From Octopus bimaculoides (taxonomy: Eukaryota), in the NCBI RefSeq assembly GCF_001194135.2, contig NC_068981.1:154670098-154734097 (forward strand): a stretch of 64,000 bases of DNA. Reading direction: 5' to 3'. The position numbers were made by a program, and so were the translations under genes. Under the pieces are notes generated by a model. That model saw nothing but the letters and a program-made list of their open reading frames with translations. It made no database searches and was not told where the DNA came from. Below, piece after piece: positions 1 to 13,144 of the stretch (its first letter is position 1; the number at the start of each line of letters is the position of its first letter).

Positions 1-1954
1 ACAAACATCAAAGTTAATAATTGATTTCTTAATTCTTATATAAACTTTCCCTGATAACAGGTTTATTTATTTACTTTCATGAATCAAAGTGTGTATTTAT
101 ATATAAACATTATACATACATACATACATACATATATAAATATAAAACCAGACAAAAAAAAGGCATTTTGCAACAAAAGCAAACACGAACGAATAAAGAT
201 ATGTGAACAAAAATGTTAAGGAAAAGTATGACACATAAACATTGATGGAAATTGCTAAAATAATTAAAAAAACATACGGCATTAAGAAAAAAGAAAAAGT
301 AAAATATGAAAAAATGTGAAGTTATATTGTAGAAAAGGGTAAGAAAGATATAAAACTGTATGCATGAAGCTTCATTTTGCCAGGTTTTATTAAAAAATGT
401 ATGGTAATGCAGTCAGAATGATTTCATTGACAGACACATACCAACCCCTAAAATGTTGGCTTTTTATTAAGCGCAAAAGAAATCAATATTTATTTATACA
501 TTTTCTTTGACAAGACAAGTGATGGTAACTAACCGAGTGACAATGTTCATTCTTGTGGATTAGACAATTAAAAGAATGAACATTTCGAACAAGTTTTTGC
601 ATCCTGACAGTCCCAGTGACAGATTTTCTTTGCACTATTGTGTATCAGTCAGTGTTGTTTATAAGGAGGAAACTCTTCAAGACTGGCAATCCGCCATGTT
701 GCCACATAGCTGAAATTCTCAATGACAAAAAGTACAGACATGAAACTGTAATCTAAGCAAAGAAGTAGCAAGTTAGCTGTCTTATGGCCATTTTCATTCT
801 CGTTTATTGTTGATGTCTGTGGAATAACTTAATGACTCTTTTGCTTTGCTTTATATCCAGTGTAATCTTATTGATATTTTACTGTTATATTTTATGTATG
901 TTTTTGTTTTATTCTTCAATTAACTGAAGTTCATTCAACAAAACAAAAACCAGTCTGTAACCAAAAATCAAATATAATCACTCTAATTTGAAGAGACGAG
1001 TGCTGATGTCTTTCAATAAGAGGTGATTCAGTAAAAAGCAATAAGTGAGGGAAGTTAATGTACCATGAAGTGATAAGAAACAATGAGGGAACTTCTATGT
1101 GGTTGTTTCACTTGCTTGAAATAGCAGTCAAATCTTGCTCAAATTACACCTTATTTTAAAAACAGAAAAGATACTTTGTATAACATAGTCCTAGATCAGA
1201 GTCAGTATCAGTTCTTCCTCTTGAGCTCATTGGGCAGTAATGTTCTCTGTTCACTGCAGTTTTCTCTACATCTACCCATGCAATACTGGCCTTTCTCATG
1301 TTGATTACGAATGTTTTGTGCTATTATAGAATTTGGTCTTCCTCTCTTTCTTTTTCCCTCTGGTGTTATCCATTTGAAAGTTGTTTTAAAACAGTGTTAG
1401 ATACCCTTTAAAAAATGGGATGGTCAAGACCGGTTTACCTCTGACCAGCAATCTGCTCAATGGCGAGCTTAACAGCGACAAGGGAAAAGACTCTTTTGTT
1501 GATATTTACAATAATTCAACATCTTTATACAAATAGAGAATCTGTGAGAATTTTAATTGAATCAGTGAGAGGCAGGGGCTCAGATCTTTGAGAAAGTCTC
1601 TATTGCTGTTGCTATTATTTCTATTATTCCATGTGAGGGCACATGGCTTAGTGGTTTGGGTGTTGCATTCACAATTGCAAGATCATGGTTTCAATTTCTA
1701 GACCAGGTGGTGCATTGTGTTCTTGAGCAAAACACTTTATCTCACATTGCTCTGTGATCACTTCAACACCTAATGTGTGGTTCATCATGCACCTGTTCAG
1801 GCAATGTCGATTTGATGGAGGGAATGACCTAATGTACAGCACATACATTTGATAACTATAGACGAATCATTTGTGTAGGTCATTCGGAAAAAGCTGAATG
1901 CTCATATGTTATCTTCAGTGGGAGAGTCCATCATTATTGTAATTATTATTGTTA

Positions 1955-3239
1955 TTAGGTTGTTCAGAAAATAATGGCTGATTTCAGAAACATAATTTTA
2001 TTCTGGAAAAATTAACAATAGAAATGTTTTGATTAGTCAAAGTATGAGCCGTGAACATCTATGCATCTCTGCCATCAATCAATGAGATTATTTATGCCTC
2101 ATTGATAAAAACCTATTGGCTTTGATGCTAAGAAATCTTTGAAAGCTGATTCCACCTCTGGTTTGGACCTGAAAGTTTTATCCCTGAAAAACATGCTTAA
2201 ATGCTTAAAAAAATGGTAGTCAATTGGGTGAAAGATCAGGAGAATATGGAAGATGTGGTATAGTCTCATATCTCAAGTCTGTGAGTTCCTGCAGCGTCAT
2301 TCTTGCAACATGTGGCTTTGCATTATCGTGGAGCAGAATTGGGCTACGCCGATTCACCAATGCAGGTCTCATTTTTTGCAAGTGAGCATGCTTTTCAGTG
2401 AGTTGATTGCAGTAAACCTCTGCTGTAATGTTCTGATTCGTTTCCAGAAAGCTGTAATGGACAACACCAATTGCAGACAACCAGACAATCACCATAACCT
2501 TTTGCTAATGCAACTTTGGCTTTGGGAAATGTTTGGGGTATTCATCACAATCAAGCCATTGACCTGATCGTTTACGGTTATCATTAAGGACCCACTTTTT
2601 GTCACAAGTGACTATTCAGTGAAGAAAAGGATTATTGGTGTTTCGCAGAAAGAGCATCGAGCACACCTCAAAACGCTGAACATTTTGACTTTCATTGAGC
2701 TTATGCAGTACCCATTTATTGAGCTTTTTCACCTTACCAATCTTCTGCAGATTGTGTGAAACCATTGCAATACTGACACCAAGTGCCTGAGACATTTCTC
2801 TGACACTTTGACGTGGATTTTGTTCAACAATTGCTTTCAATTGTTCATTGTCAAGACTGCATGACCGTCCTCTACCTTCTTCATCTTCAAGGCTCTCATC
2901 ACCACTATGAAGTTTCTGAAACCACATTCATACTGTGTGATCACTTGTGGACCCCTCTCCCCATGCTCTGTTGATATTGGCAGCAGTTTTGTAGGCATTG
3001 TGCCCAAGCTTGAACTCATGCAAGAAAAATAAGCGAAGGTCCTTTTTTGTGATGTTCATAATTAAGGGTGCCTATGCTTCAAGAATGTTTTCTGCTTGAA
3101 ATAAGTAAGAAATTATTAAAGAGCATACATCAATTATCAAGTATGTCGAAAGTCACCTAAAATATAATTAAAACACTATGATAAAATTGCGTTTCAAAAC
3201 ACAACACTTAGAGCGGCCATAATTTTCGGAACAACCTAA
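1955..3239 (-). mobile_element. Full-length but inactivated mariner DNA transposon
   Basis: TIRs ttaggttgttcagaaaataatggc / gccataattttcggaacaacctaa with TA on both flanks. Frameshifted transposase pieces: HEFKLGHNAYKTAANINRAWG, KKLNKWVLHKL (WVPHEL motif), LLHDNAKPH, PHLPYSPDL. Confidence 0.95.
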
Positions 3240-3814
3240 TATTAAGGAAGAATTGTTAGCATGCTAGACAAAATGTTTAGTAGCTTTTCATCAGTCTATG
3301 TTCTAATTTCAAATTTCACTAAGGGTGACTTTGCCTTTCACCGAAAAAAAAAAGTACTACCCAATACTTCTGCTCACGATCAGAGATGCACATATCGTCA
3401 GCCACTAAGGGACATGCTCAACTGGTTAAGGTCAAACAACTGATAAGCACATCTGTGGTATTGAGCAGAATATTTGCTGTAGCCCTTCTTTTACACCAAG
3501 ACAAAACATATACATGATAACACTTCCAATCAGTTAATATCAGAAGCCATGGGAGCCAGTGTTTGTACTGCATCAGGGCATTTATTATTATTATTATCAT
3601 TATTAAGGCAGTAAGCTGGTGGAATTGTTAGCATGCCAGACAAAATGCTTAGCAGCATTTTGCCCATCTTTATGTTGATAGCTCAAACTTTGCCTTTCAT
3701 CCTTTTGAGGTCAATAAAATAAGTACCAGTTGAGCACTGGGTCGATGAAATTAGCTAGACCCCTCCCCCAGAATTTCAGGCCTTATACTTATAATGGAAA
3801 GGATCATTATTGTT

Positions 3815-3862
<48 letters not shown>

Positions 3863-6800
3863 GCTTAATTTTTTTACCACTGTCACATTGTCAAAGATTG
3901 TATCTTTAGACTTGTATGTACCGTATTCCTGGCATTAATATCTACTATTTCTCTGTTCTAATCTCTGTTTAACAGCAGTTAAACCTAGCAGAGTGAAAAA
4001 ACAGATTTCCTTTGATTTCAGTGTGAAAACATTGTATCAGAGAAATCTCAACTCTCTCCACCAACCAACTTCAGGTGTGTAAATATTTAGTAATGGAAAT
4101 ATATCAATGATTAAATTTGGAATTAAGCAATGATTAAACTGATAGTGATTGTTGTTGCTATCGTTGTATAGTCCTGATCGTCCTTCACTGAACCAATCTA
4201 TGATCAAAGGCATTCCAGCTGTGATTGAGCTATATCTTTTTTTTTTTAAATGACTGGGTTTGATTTGAGAGAAATCTGACTAGTATTTCTAATAGATTGG
4301 GGAATGGTGCAAACCTCTTCATAAACTTATAATTAAGATCTAACTGATACATGTTTCTTCACTACGTATCAACTATAGATATTCTTTATTTGACCAAATT
4401 TTTCTTTGATTTTAGCATTGTCAAACAACTGACCTCTATAATACAACAGTCAAGGAAAGATCCAATAAAGGAGATTCAAAAAGATCACTTCACCTGCTAC
4501 AAAATAGCATCCAAATACTTCACTCAAATCACACCTTAGTATGTTTATAAAAAAAGAAAAGACATATTGGATGATATTGTCTGAGATAAATTATGCATGA
4601 AAGAAAAAAAAAGACGATATGATCATAACAGGAATTGCTTTCTGGCAGCTCAATCAGGATTAATCAAGAACTAAACGATTGCATATGGTAGGTTCACAGG
4701 GACAATAAGTTCTAAGAATTTGTGCAAAATAGACTCTCTAATGTTCTTGACAAGTAGTTGATAGCCCCTATTATCTAGAGGACCCATTAATAGTGGGGAT
4801 GCTGATCAGTAAACATATTATCAGAATAAGAGCTGATTGGAAAAAGTTCAGTGAAATGGTAACAAAGGTGCTTTTCCCCTTACAATGAAAGACAGGTAGG
4901 ATGATGATTGTGTATGAAGCATAATGCTGCAAGGTATTGAGATGTGAGCCTTGAATGCAGGAGATTTGTGGAAACTAGAAAGAAATGAAGTGAGCATACT
5001 CTGTTGCATCAGTAGAACAAGTGTACATGAACAGTGCAGTCAGTACAAATCAGCTGAGAAATAATGAACACAAAAGAAATCAGCACACTCTGTAAAGTGG
5101 TTGGCATTGGGAATAATTAAGTTAAGCCTGACATTTCACTGGTACATAACTCTACTCACCTCAGAAGGACAAAGGCAAAATTAACCTTGGTGGAGTCAGG
5201 TTTGAACTTTAGCTCTTAACTAAAACTCACATAGCACTGTGTTCAATGCCGAAATGATTCTGCCAATTTATTGTTAAAAATTTACAAAAAACTAAAATCA
5301 ATGCAAAATTCAATCTTATCAAAGATAATCTATATTTTATCTCAACAATTGTTCAATTCAGAATATTTCATCTACAAAAACTAGGTTAATCCAGTAGCCC
5401 CAGGGCTACAAGACATCAACCAGATGTTATAATGAGATAAATTTTAGCAATCATTTCCAAATAAAAAAATGTTAAATCTATCACAAAAAGAATAAACATT
5501 GTTTTCAGTTAACGTGGTGCCACAATCAATGAAGAAAACTCTACTTGGTTGTACAACATGCAAAACTTGATAGCCAAGTCTCCTTGAAATTATATTTAAA
5601 GAATGAGATCCTAAAAAGTAAGGTGAGATGGCCATAGCTGGAACACTTTTAGTGCAGACCTGCTTGATCAAGACTAACTTTGGCCTGAACACCTACAGGC
5701 CACAACTTGTGTGATTTGATCCTGGGTTAGTTAGCCTTTTACTGCTGTTGTCAATCTAAAAGTTACCAGAAGTTGTCAATATCTTGCTTATCTCCCAAAC
5801 AATGGAGTAGTGTCATAAATCATATCCCAATGCTGGTTCTCCATATGATATGTGGAAAATTGATGTTTATAACAAATATAAATTGCTATATTTCAATGAA
5901 TTTGATGTTATTATATATCTTCAAATAAACTGCAACCATAAATTGCATAATTTATATGACTGAATTTACTTTATGTTTAAGTCTTTAACCTACATATGAA
6001 CCATTCTTAAGCCAAGAAGGGCTTCTGAGAGCTGGAGCTTATCACTGCTTCCAAGGTATGAGGTAGATGGGAAGTACATCTGTCTGTCTAATGTGGTTAA
6101 TGTTCCCAGGAGTTTGGCACTTATTCCAGAAATGTAAGAGAAGTAAGACATCATCATCATTACCACCACCACCACCACCACCACCATCATCATCATCATC
6201 TTCCATGCCGGCAAGAGTTGGATGGTTTGGCAAGATCCAGCAAGCTACAAGGCCACATCAAGCTCCAATGTCAGCTTTGGCAAGGTACCTACAGCTGGGT
6301 ACCCTTTACAGAGTGTACTGGCTGCTGTTTTCCGTGCCTCCAGCACTAGAGAAGTTGTTGTGTAAACTTGTAAGACAGTAAAAGGACAGCGGGGGTGGGG
6401 GTGGGACGACAAAAAAAGCTCTCACTACTAAGAAGGCAACATTTGAAGTGGAGGTTGGTGGTTATATGAAAGTCCTCCACTACTGCCTATTGAAAAGCTA
6501 AAGTATGATAGAGGGACGAGTAGAGCTATTTTTTTTTTTTGTTTTGAAACAAATTTTCAAGGAGAATGATTTAGTTGCAGCTTCTGCAGCCTATCAGAAC
6601 ATACAATCTATCTGCAGATAGATCAATACCTAATCATATTCATATCTAGCTATCTTTACACATACTTATATGTAGGTGCCTGTGTGTGTGTGTCGTGTGT
6701 GTGTCATGTGTGTGTGTGTGTGTCGTGTGTGTGTCATGTGTGTGTGTGTGTGTGTGTGCGCATGCATGTGCGTGTGTATGAGGTTGTCAGGCTACCCAGG

Positions 6801-7733
6801 GTTCCAGCCTAGGCTGAGCTGTTTATGATAGTCCTGAATAGCCAAGCCTGGGGTTAATCTCTGGGTAGGCTCTCAACTTTTCATATAATAAACATATCTA
6901 TCCACTCTACCCAATGTATTGAGTTCTATATCACATGATCTGTGCATTACATAAAATATATTTTTAATATATTTTACAACATCCCTTACATTATGATATA
7001 CACATGGACATAAATGTATGTATGTGTGTACATTTATATATAGAAAAAGAACAGATAAAAGAAGTGAGGTGAGAGAGTAAAATGTTCATTCCATTCGTTT
7101 ACAGCTGTTTCAAAATCTTGTTAGTTATATAACATACATATTAATTGTACACATAAACACATAAGTATGTGAATGCCCCTATATACAAGGGTGCTGAGAA
7201 GGGAACTAATGAAATAATCATAATTATCCCTAGCAGTTGAAAATATTAACTCTACCACAGAGTAAGTTGACCCTATATATATATATATATGTACACACAC
7301 ATGTGCGCATGCATGTGTATGTGTGTGTGAATGTACAATTGACAATCATATTAACACATACTTATACACTCAGACATAGTAAAACCCTTGGAAGAAAATT
7401 CTGCTCTAGACAATATGTGTGAAAACAAATCATTGGGCTACAAATGATGTTGTTGGATCATAGGATACAACCGCCCACTCATAAATAGAAAATTTCAGGT
7501 TTTGTGCCTATAGAATCATCATCATCATCATCATTTGGTATCTGTTTCCATGCTGGCATGGGTTAGATGATTTGACTGGAAGCCAGAGAGCTGCACCAGG
7601 CTCCAGTCTGGTTTGTTTTGGTTTCTACGGCTGGATGTCCTTCCTTGTGCCAACCACTCCAAGAGTATAGTGGGTGCTTTCTATGTGCTACTGGCATGGG
7701 CACCTTTTACATGTCACTGGCAAAGGCGCCTAA

Positions 7734-7831
7734 CAGAGTGACTCTAGGGCCAAGAGTTTTGTGAATTAGCACTTATCAAACTAGTGAATCCAGCTCCATA
7801 AGTGTCAACTCTTGGCTTTTGAGTCACTCTG
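7734..7831. mobile_element. 98-bp fold-back element (MITE-like) with TAA on both flanks
   Basis: cagagtgactctagggccaagagtt pairs with aactcttggcttttgagtcactctg. taa occurs at 7731-7733 and 7832-7834. Confidence 0.55.
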
Positions 7832-7915
7832 TAACTTCTGCCTATTAACGATAAAGAAATTTATATTCTTTGAGTTTATATGCTTTGAGTTTTATCTTCT
7901 TGTTTGTATCATGAA

Positions 7916-7965
<50 letters not shown>

Positions 7966-8001
7966 ATGTATAAGCAATTGATAGTATGTGAAATGACTTA
8001 C

Positions 8002-8168
8002 CTTATGCGCAGCTCCATGCAGAGCTGTACGGCCACCTTTATCTTTAATGTTAACATTGGAACCTGCCTTAAGCAAAAGTTTGGCACAATGAGGTCGATC
8101 TGCTAACACACAGTACATGAGTGGAGTGCGACCAAACTGATCAATACCATCAATAGGGAAAGTGTTCG
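8002..8168 (-). CDS. INVS: Internal coding exon of an inversin (nephrocystin-2) homolog, ankyrin repeats 1-2
   Basis: Acceptor ttttaatttcAG and donor GTAAGT. Phase 1 in, phase 0 out, 167 nt. Encodes NTFPIDGIDQFGRTPLMYCVLADRPHCAKLLLKAGSNVNIKDKGGRTALHGAAHK, closely matching the recalled vertebrate inversin segment DQFGRTPLMYCVLADRLDCADALLKAGADVNKTDHSQRTALHLAAQK. Confidence 0.88.
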
Positions 8169-9505
8169 CTGAAATTAAAATATGTAGGGTATTTAGAAAG
8201 ACAGAAGACAAACATTGAGAAAGTTTAGTAATATGTGAAAATATGCATTTATGTTTGTGTAACATAGTAGCCATAACACCGTGTAGAATTTTCTCATTTT
8301 GAAGACGAAGAAAGTTTTAATATAAAATTTTCTTTTGACTATAAAGCTAAAACAAAGGGAAGGAATAAGACACAGAATAAGACATGGTGTAAAATTTTGT
8401 CTCTAACACCCTTGGAGTATTGTGAAGAAGCTTCATATTAATAAGACACAATGGCATCAATACAAAATATATAAAGAAAAACACAGTAAAAACACTATGA
8501 CAAAAATGAATAATACCAACAACTGCACCACATGAAAACACATTAACAAATGCACATCTAATGTTTACGAATAAGATCCATTTAATAAAACTGAGCTTCA
8601 AAGAAAGCGTCAGAAATCTGGAACAGAATAATTTCCTTATAGTATTTTTTCTTTTTTGTGTGTGTGTGTGTGTGTGTGTNNNNNNNNNNTGTGTGTGTGT
8701 GTGTGTGTGTGTGTGCGTGGATAAAAGTTAGAATTAAAATATTGCAGAAAAGAAAGAACACCCAGTCTAGATTATTGGACAGCTTGCAAAGAAAAGAGAA
8801 ATATTTTATGCGTAAGAAACAAAAAGACGCCCAGGCTATCGTAAACAGATATATCTGAGTGGCTCTATGTTAAATATGTCAATTTACCACATAAAAAAAT
8901 CTGAACAGTTGCAGATGGCTGAGTTGATAATATGTTTGTCTACAGACTGAAGTGCTGACAGTTAATTGTATAGGCAATGCCAATGTGATATACTTCTGAT
9001 GTCCTCCTATCCAAGAAGAAGAAAGATATCTCTGACTATTAAATAGGTCTAAAAATTGTAACTAGCTTTCCAAGATGTCTCAGAAATGAATAAAAATGAA
9101 ATAAGGCAAAAGAAAGTGAAGTAAAAGTGTAAGATCAATGCATTTACCTTTGAAAACTAGAATTTTTAAAGTACGTTTGCAAATAACAGTTAGTGCAAAT
9201 AATATTTATTTTTTTCTATTTGAGACTATGTGAAACTTAACAAGCCTTAACATTTTGCAAGCATAAAAGTTGAAATAATATTAAAATATGTGGATTATTA
9301 GAAGTTGAGTTTGCTACTAAGAATTAAAAAAAAAAAAAAAAAGACATGACAGAATCTTGTAAACAGCTCGATTTTGATATAGAAACTGTGGGTGGCTTGA
9401 ATATTGGAACAGAAAAACTTCTAGGAATTCATATTTTTTTGCAATGTAAATAATTGTAAATATTCAGAATACATAAATAAATACATAAATAAATAAATAA
9501 ATAAA

Positions 9506-9539
<34 letters not shown>

Positions 9540-9712
9540 AGTTCAAAAAAACAACAAAGTGAGGACGTGATACGGATAGTGTTATTGGACGCTCGGGAAA
9601 GGAAAGAGAGAGTGTATGACGTTTCGGGCGTAGCCCTTCGTTGGAAAGATGGAAAGTTCGGAGAATGAAAGAACGGAGAAAGAGGAAAATGGTACCGATG
9701 CCCACGAGGTTA
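9540..9712 (-). mobile_element. Solo Penelope-type 3' terminus with decayed hammerhead motif
   Basis: Minus strand reads ctttCCAACGAa-gggc-tac-gccc-GAAACGTC. Same layout and shared gctcgggaa motif as the PLE terminus at 40.4 kb. (TA)n on both sides. Confidence 0.6.
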
Positions 9713-12641
9713 CATATATATATATGTAAAAGAATATTTTCTCATATGATCATTCCAAATATATAAAAGGGCAGGGGATTTCCTGAAAAATGAAAAATAT
9801 CTTCATAAGTAATCAAAAGGTCTGTTACAGATTAAATAAGGTGTCCTTGATTTATGTATTGAATCAAAACTCCACTAAAAGATCAGGAATAAATTTTGTT
9901 TGCCAATAGAAATAAAGTTTGCCTTCTTAACTTCTATATTTGAATATGTTTTAATGTTCCTTCATACGATATTATTTATTGACTTGCATGTACCAAAAAA
10001 TATTCACTGACATGTTAGCTGTTTGAAGAAAATCAATTGTTGCTTATTTTTCCACACAAACTCCAGAATTAAAAATAAAACCTGTTATAAATCAAATAAA
10101 AATAAAACGGTTATAAATCGAATATTAACAAATATTTCTTCTCCTTAGTAATAAAAAAAATAGTTATTGGTGGGTATCTAGGAAACATAGAAAATGCAAA
10201 AGATCTAAAGAGTAAAAATACACTATGAGCAACATGGGAAAATATTTAAAGATTTTTGACTATTAACCTAAAGTCAAGATTATTTAGGTTTTAATTTTAT
10301 TAAGTATTTTATCAAAATGATTGCAAGAAAAATTAGTCATAATGAGTAAATGGAGACTATTGGTCCCCACCATCCATTAAAGATATGGTATCAAATTTCT
10401 TAATTTTGACAGTAGAAACATGGCTGATAAATGACAGAAGAGGATGGAGAAATTTGATCAATAAATAGGTTGTTCCTTGGGGTATTGGCTATAGAGTTAA
10501 AGACCTCATAATCTTATCATAAATCAATAAATATTAGTGCTATAAAATCCAAGAAAGATACCATGCATTCATTCTTGCATGTACACATGCACATACATGC
10601 AAGTGTGACTGCATGTTACACACAAATGAAACCTGAAATATGATCTACCTAAAAAGAAAAAAATATGTTAAATACATACAAGTTAAAAACATCCTTAAAA
10701 AAATTGACAAAGACAAGAATAAAATAATAACAAAGTGAAAGTTATGACTATTAAAAGGCCATGCTAACCTCTTAAAACATGAAGTCATTATTACAGTTTG
10801 CTTCACACAAAATATATATATATATAATAATACTCTCAAGAAACATTCTGCAGATGTTATCTAAATTTAAAAAATATATTTTCATGAGTTATTTTTTCAA
10901 TTATTGAATATCATAACTGCCACCACTACCACCACAACCATCACTACACACATAACTGTTAAATGACATTTAGCTCATTCTCTGTTCACTTTCACTACTT
11001 ACACGTTTTCCAGACATAAATAGCATCACATTGTTAACATGCTGGAAGCTCTTGGTAAACCACAGAGATGTGGTTGGCTTATAGTTTAGTGCCAGGTCAT
11101 CCCTGATCAAATAAACCTATGATCAGAAGGTATTCCAGCTATGACCATCCCATCTTGTTTTTAATTCACATACTGTATATTTAGGATAATAATGGTCTTC
11201 CATTTTGAGATGATAGGGTATAATTTGAGATATGGCTTCTGTTTCTAGCAGGTTTGGAGACTGTAAGGGCTTTCTGATTAGCTTGTGTAGTGAAACATAT
11301 CTATGAAAGAAAGGAGCAAGTACAACCATCTTCATAGTGGTCACAAACTAAACACATAAGGCGTGATTTAACATTACTGACAGTTATTAGTAATGCTTAA
11401 TTTAAAGCACAAAATATGAAGAAATATATAAAATTACCTCAACTTTAGTACAATTAGTAATAATTACAAATAATCATTTTATGGAAGATTTAGCAGACCA
11501 TGGCAGAATTTCACCTTAAGACTGCATGCTGATGACAGCTAGGTAATTATGAAATGTATAGTGAAGACCTATGTAGACTATTAACATGTACTAAAATTTG
11601 GCATTTTTAACTTTTGATACTTATGTAACTTGCCAAATTCAACCAGCCATCAGTATTTAGTAATTGTCACTGTTTAGTTCATATGTGCTCTGATCAAGCA
11701 GACCTATGGCCGAAAGCATTCTAGCTGTAACCATCTGTCTTCTCACATTATATTATCCAATGTGTTGGTTTTTTTGTTTTGAAAGATTGTAGAGCTATGA
11801 TTCTCACTCATTTTTTGCCAATGGACTCCTTTGGTTCCTATTTTACTCTATTGGACCTTCATAGCCATTCAATGTATCCTATTGCATTTTTACAATTATA
11901 TATTATTAGGAATTGTATAAAAAATTCAAATATTTAGTGTATTGTAGAAACATAAGCAATTTGTTGCACATCAATTTTAACAACAAAATCTTACATGGAC
12001 CCCCAAGAATCATATGGACCCTAGTTAATAGCCACTGCAGTAGAATGTCATTTGCCTTTTATTGGCTTACTATGAGTATAGGATTTGGAACATGTAGTTG
12101 TTTATGGAGAAAGGAAATATTAGCAGGTCAACTAATTTTAATAGAAGTTAGCAATTTGGCTGTTAGCCAATTCACTAAATAAATAAATAATCATTGGTAA
12201 AGGTAACAGTTCTGTAATTTTCTTCCAGCATCTGAAAATCTTGCAATGAAATAATTTAATTAGTACATCAGTACTTATTAGATCATCTATGTAATGAAAC
12301 AGTTTAGCCTACTACTTCAAATATGCTATCATAGCAGACACATCTATTCATATTGCCAACTGCAGCAGTGCATGTAGTACATTTAAGGAATTGATTCGTT
12401 ATATTTATATAGCAAGAATAAATTTATGAGTAATTTTGGTATTACAAAGATTTTGTCTGGCATTTGTTTCTAGACCAATGAAAGAAAACCTGAAAAGTAT
12501 ACTATGAGAGAATATATTACTAGTTGGTAAAGATTTCTAGAGGATTCTAATGTACAGTTTCTACTGAAACACAAAATTAATGGTACCTTGCCAAAATTGA
12601 TGGTTACAGTAAAGCTTAGCAATAATCAGGCAGCTGCTTAC

Positions 12642-12680
12642 TGTTTGAAATATTGATATAAATCAACTTCATTATTCTAT
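12642..12680 (-). CDS. Candidate 39-nt micro-exon or start exon of the inversin homolog
   Basis: Long pyrimidine tract ending ttttgtacAG, then 39 nt, then GTAAGC. Open frame xRIMKLIYINISN ends in phase 1 and joins exon 8002-8168 in frame. No homology support. Confidence 0.35.
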
Positions 12681-13144
12681 CTGTACAAAAAAGGAGAGAG
12701 AGGGAGAAAGAGAGGGAAGAGAAAACGATAGAAAGAGAGAGAGATGGGGTGAATGAATGAAAACTGGTGCAATAGAACTTACTGCATAGTCCTACAGTAA
12801 GAACAAACACAGATTTGATACCCAATTCAGATATTATCAACCATGATTAATCTTACACTTGTCAGTTGCTTAATAACCTTTGAACAATCACCAGTAAATA
12901 GAGATATCAAACAAATATTATAAAATTGCTTAGTATGAATATTCAAAAATAATATGAAATTTTATCATAAAGAATATTTTTGAAATGTCAAATCTTTTCA
13001 AAACACAGTAGTCCTAAACAGGTAATAATAAATAGCAATAATTTTATACAGCCAAATTAACAAACATTTCAGTTATTTCAAAGATTGGGGAAATTTGGGG
13101 AAAATCTCCATTTTGATGATCATTCTAACCATTTTACAAGTGTA

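Larger units (their letters stand above)
6681..8715. repeat. Representative microsatellites: (TG)n at 6681-6758, 7917-7964, 8658-8715. Many more (TA)n, (CA)n, (CT)n, (TACA)n, (ATT)n and (CAT)n tracts occur throughout the window
   Basis: Read directly from the sequence. Confidence 0.99.

Noticed and set aside
691-700. YY1-like motif ccgccatgtt
   Set aside because: A single short motif with no CpG island or other promoter support, so it is expected by chance.
6681-6750. 30-bp higher-order periodicity in (TG)n (also at 62731-62790)
   Set aside because: Ordinary slippage duplication of interrupted microsatellites. There are no unique spacers, so it is not CRISPR-like.
11003-11041. 39-nt minus-strand segment followed by a perfect GTAAGT donor
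   Set aside because: The acceptor is weak. The only open frame is phase 0, and the frame needed to join the inversin exon has a stop.
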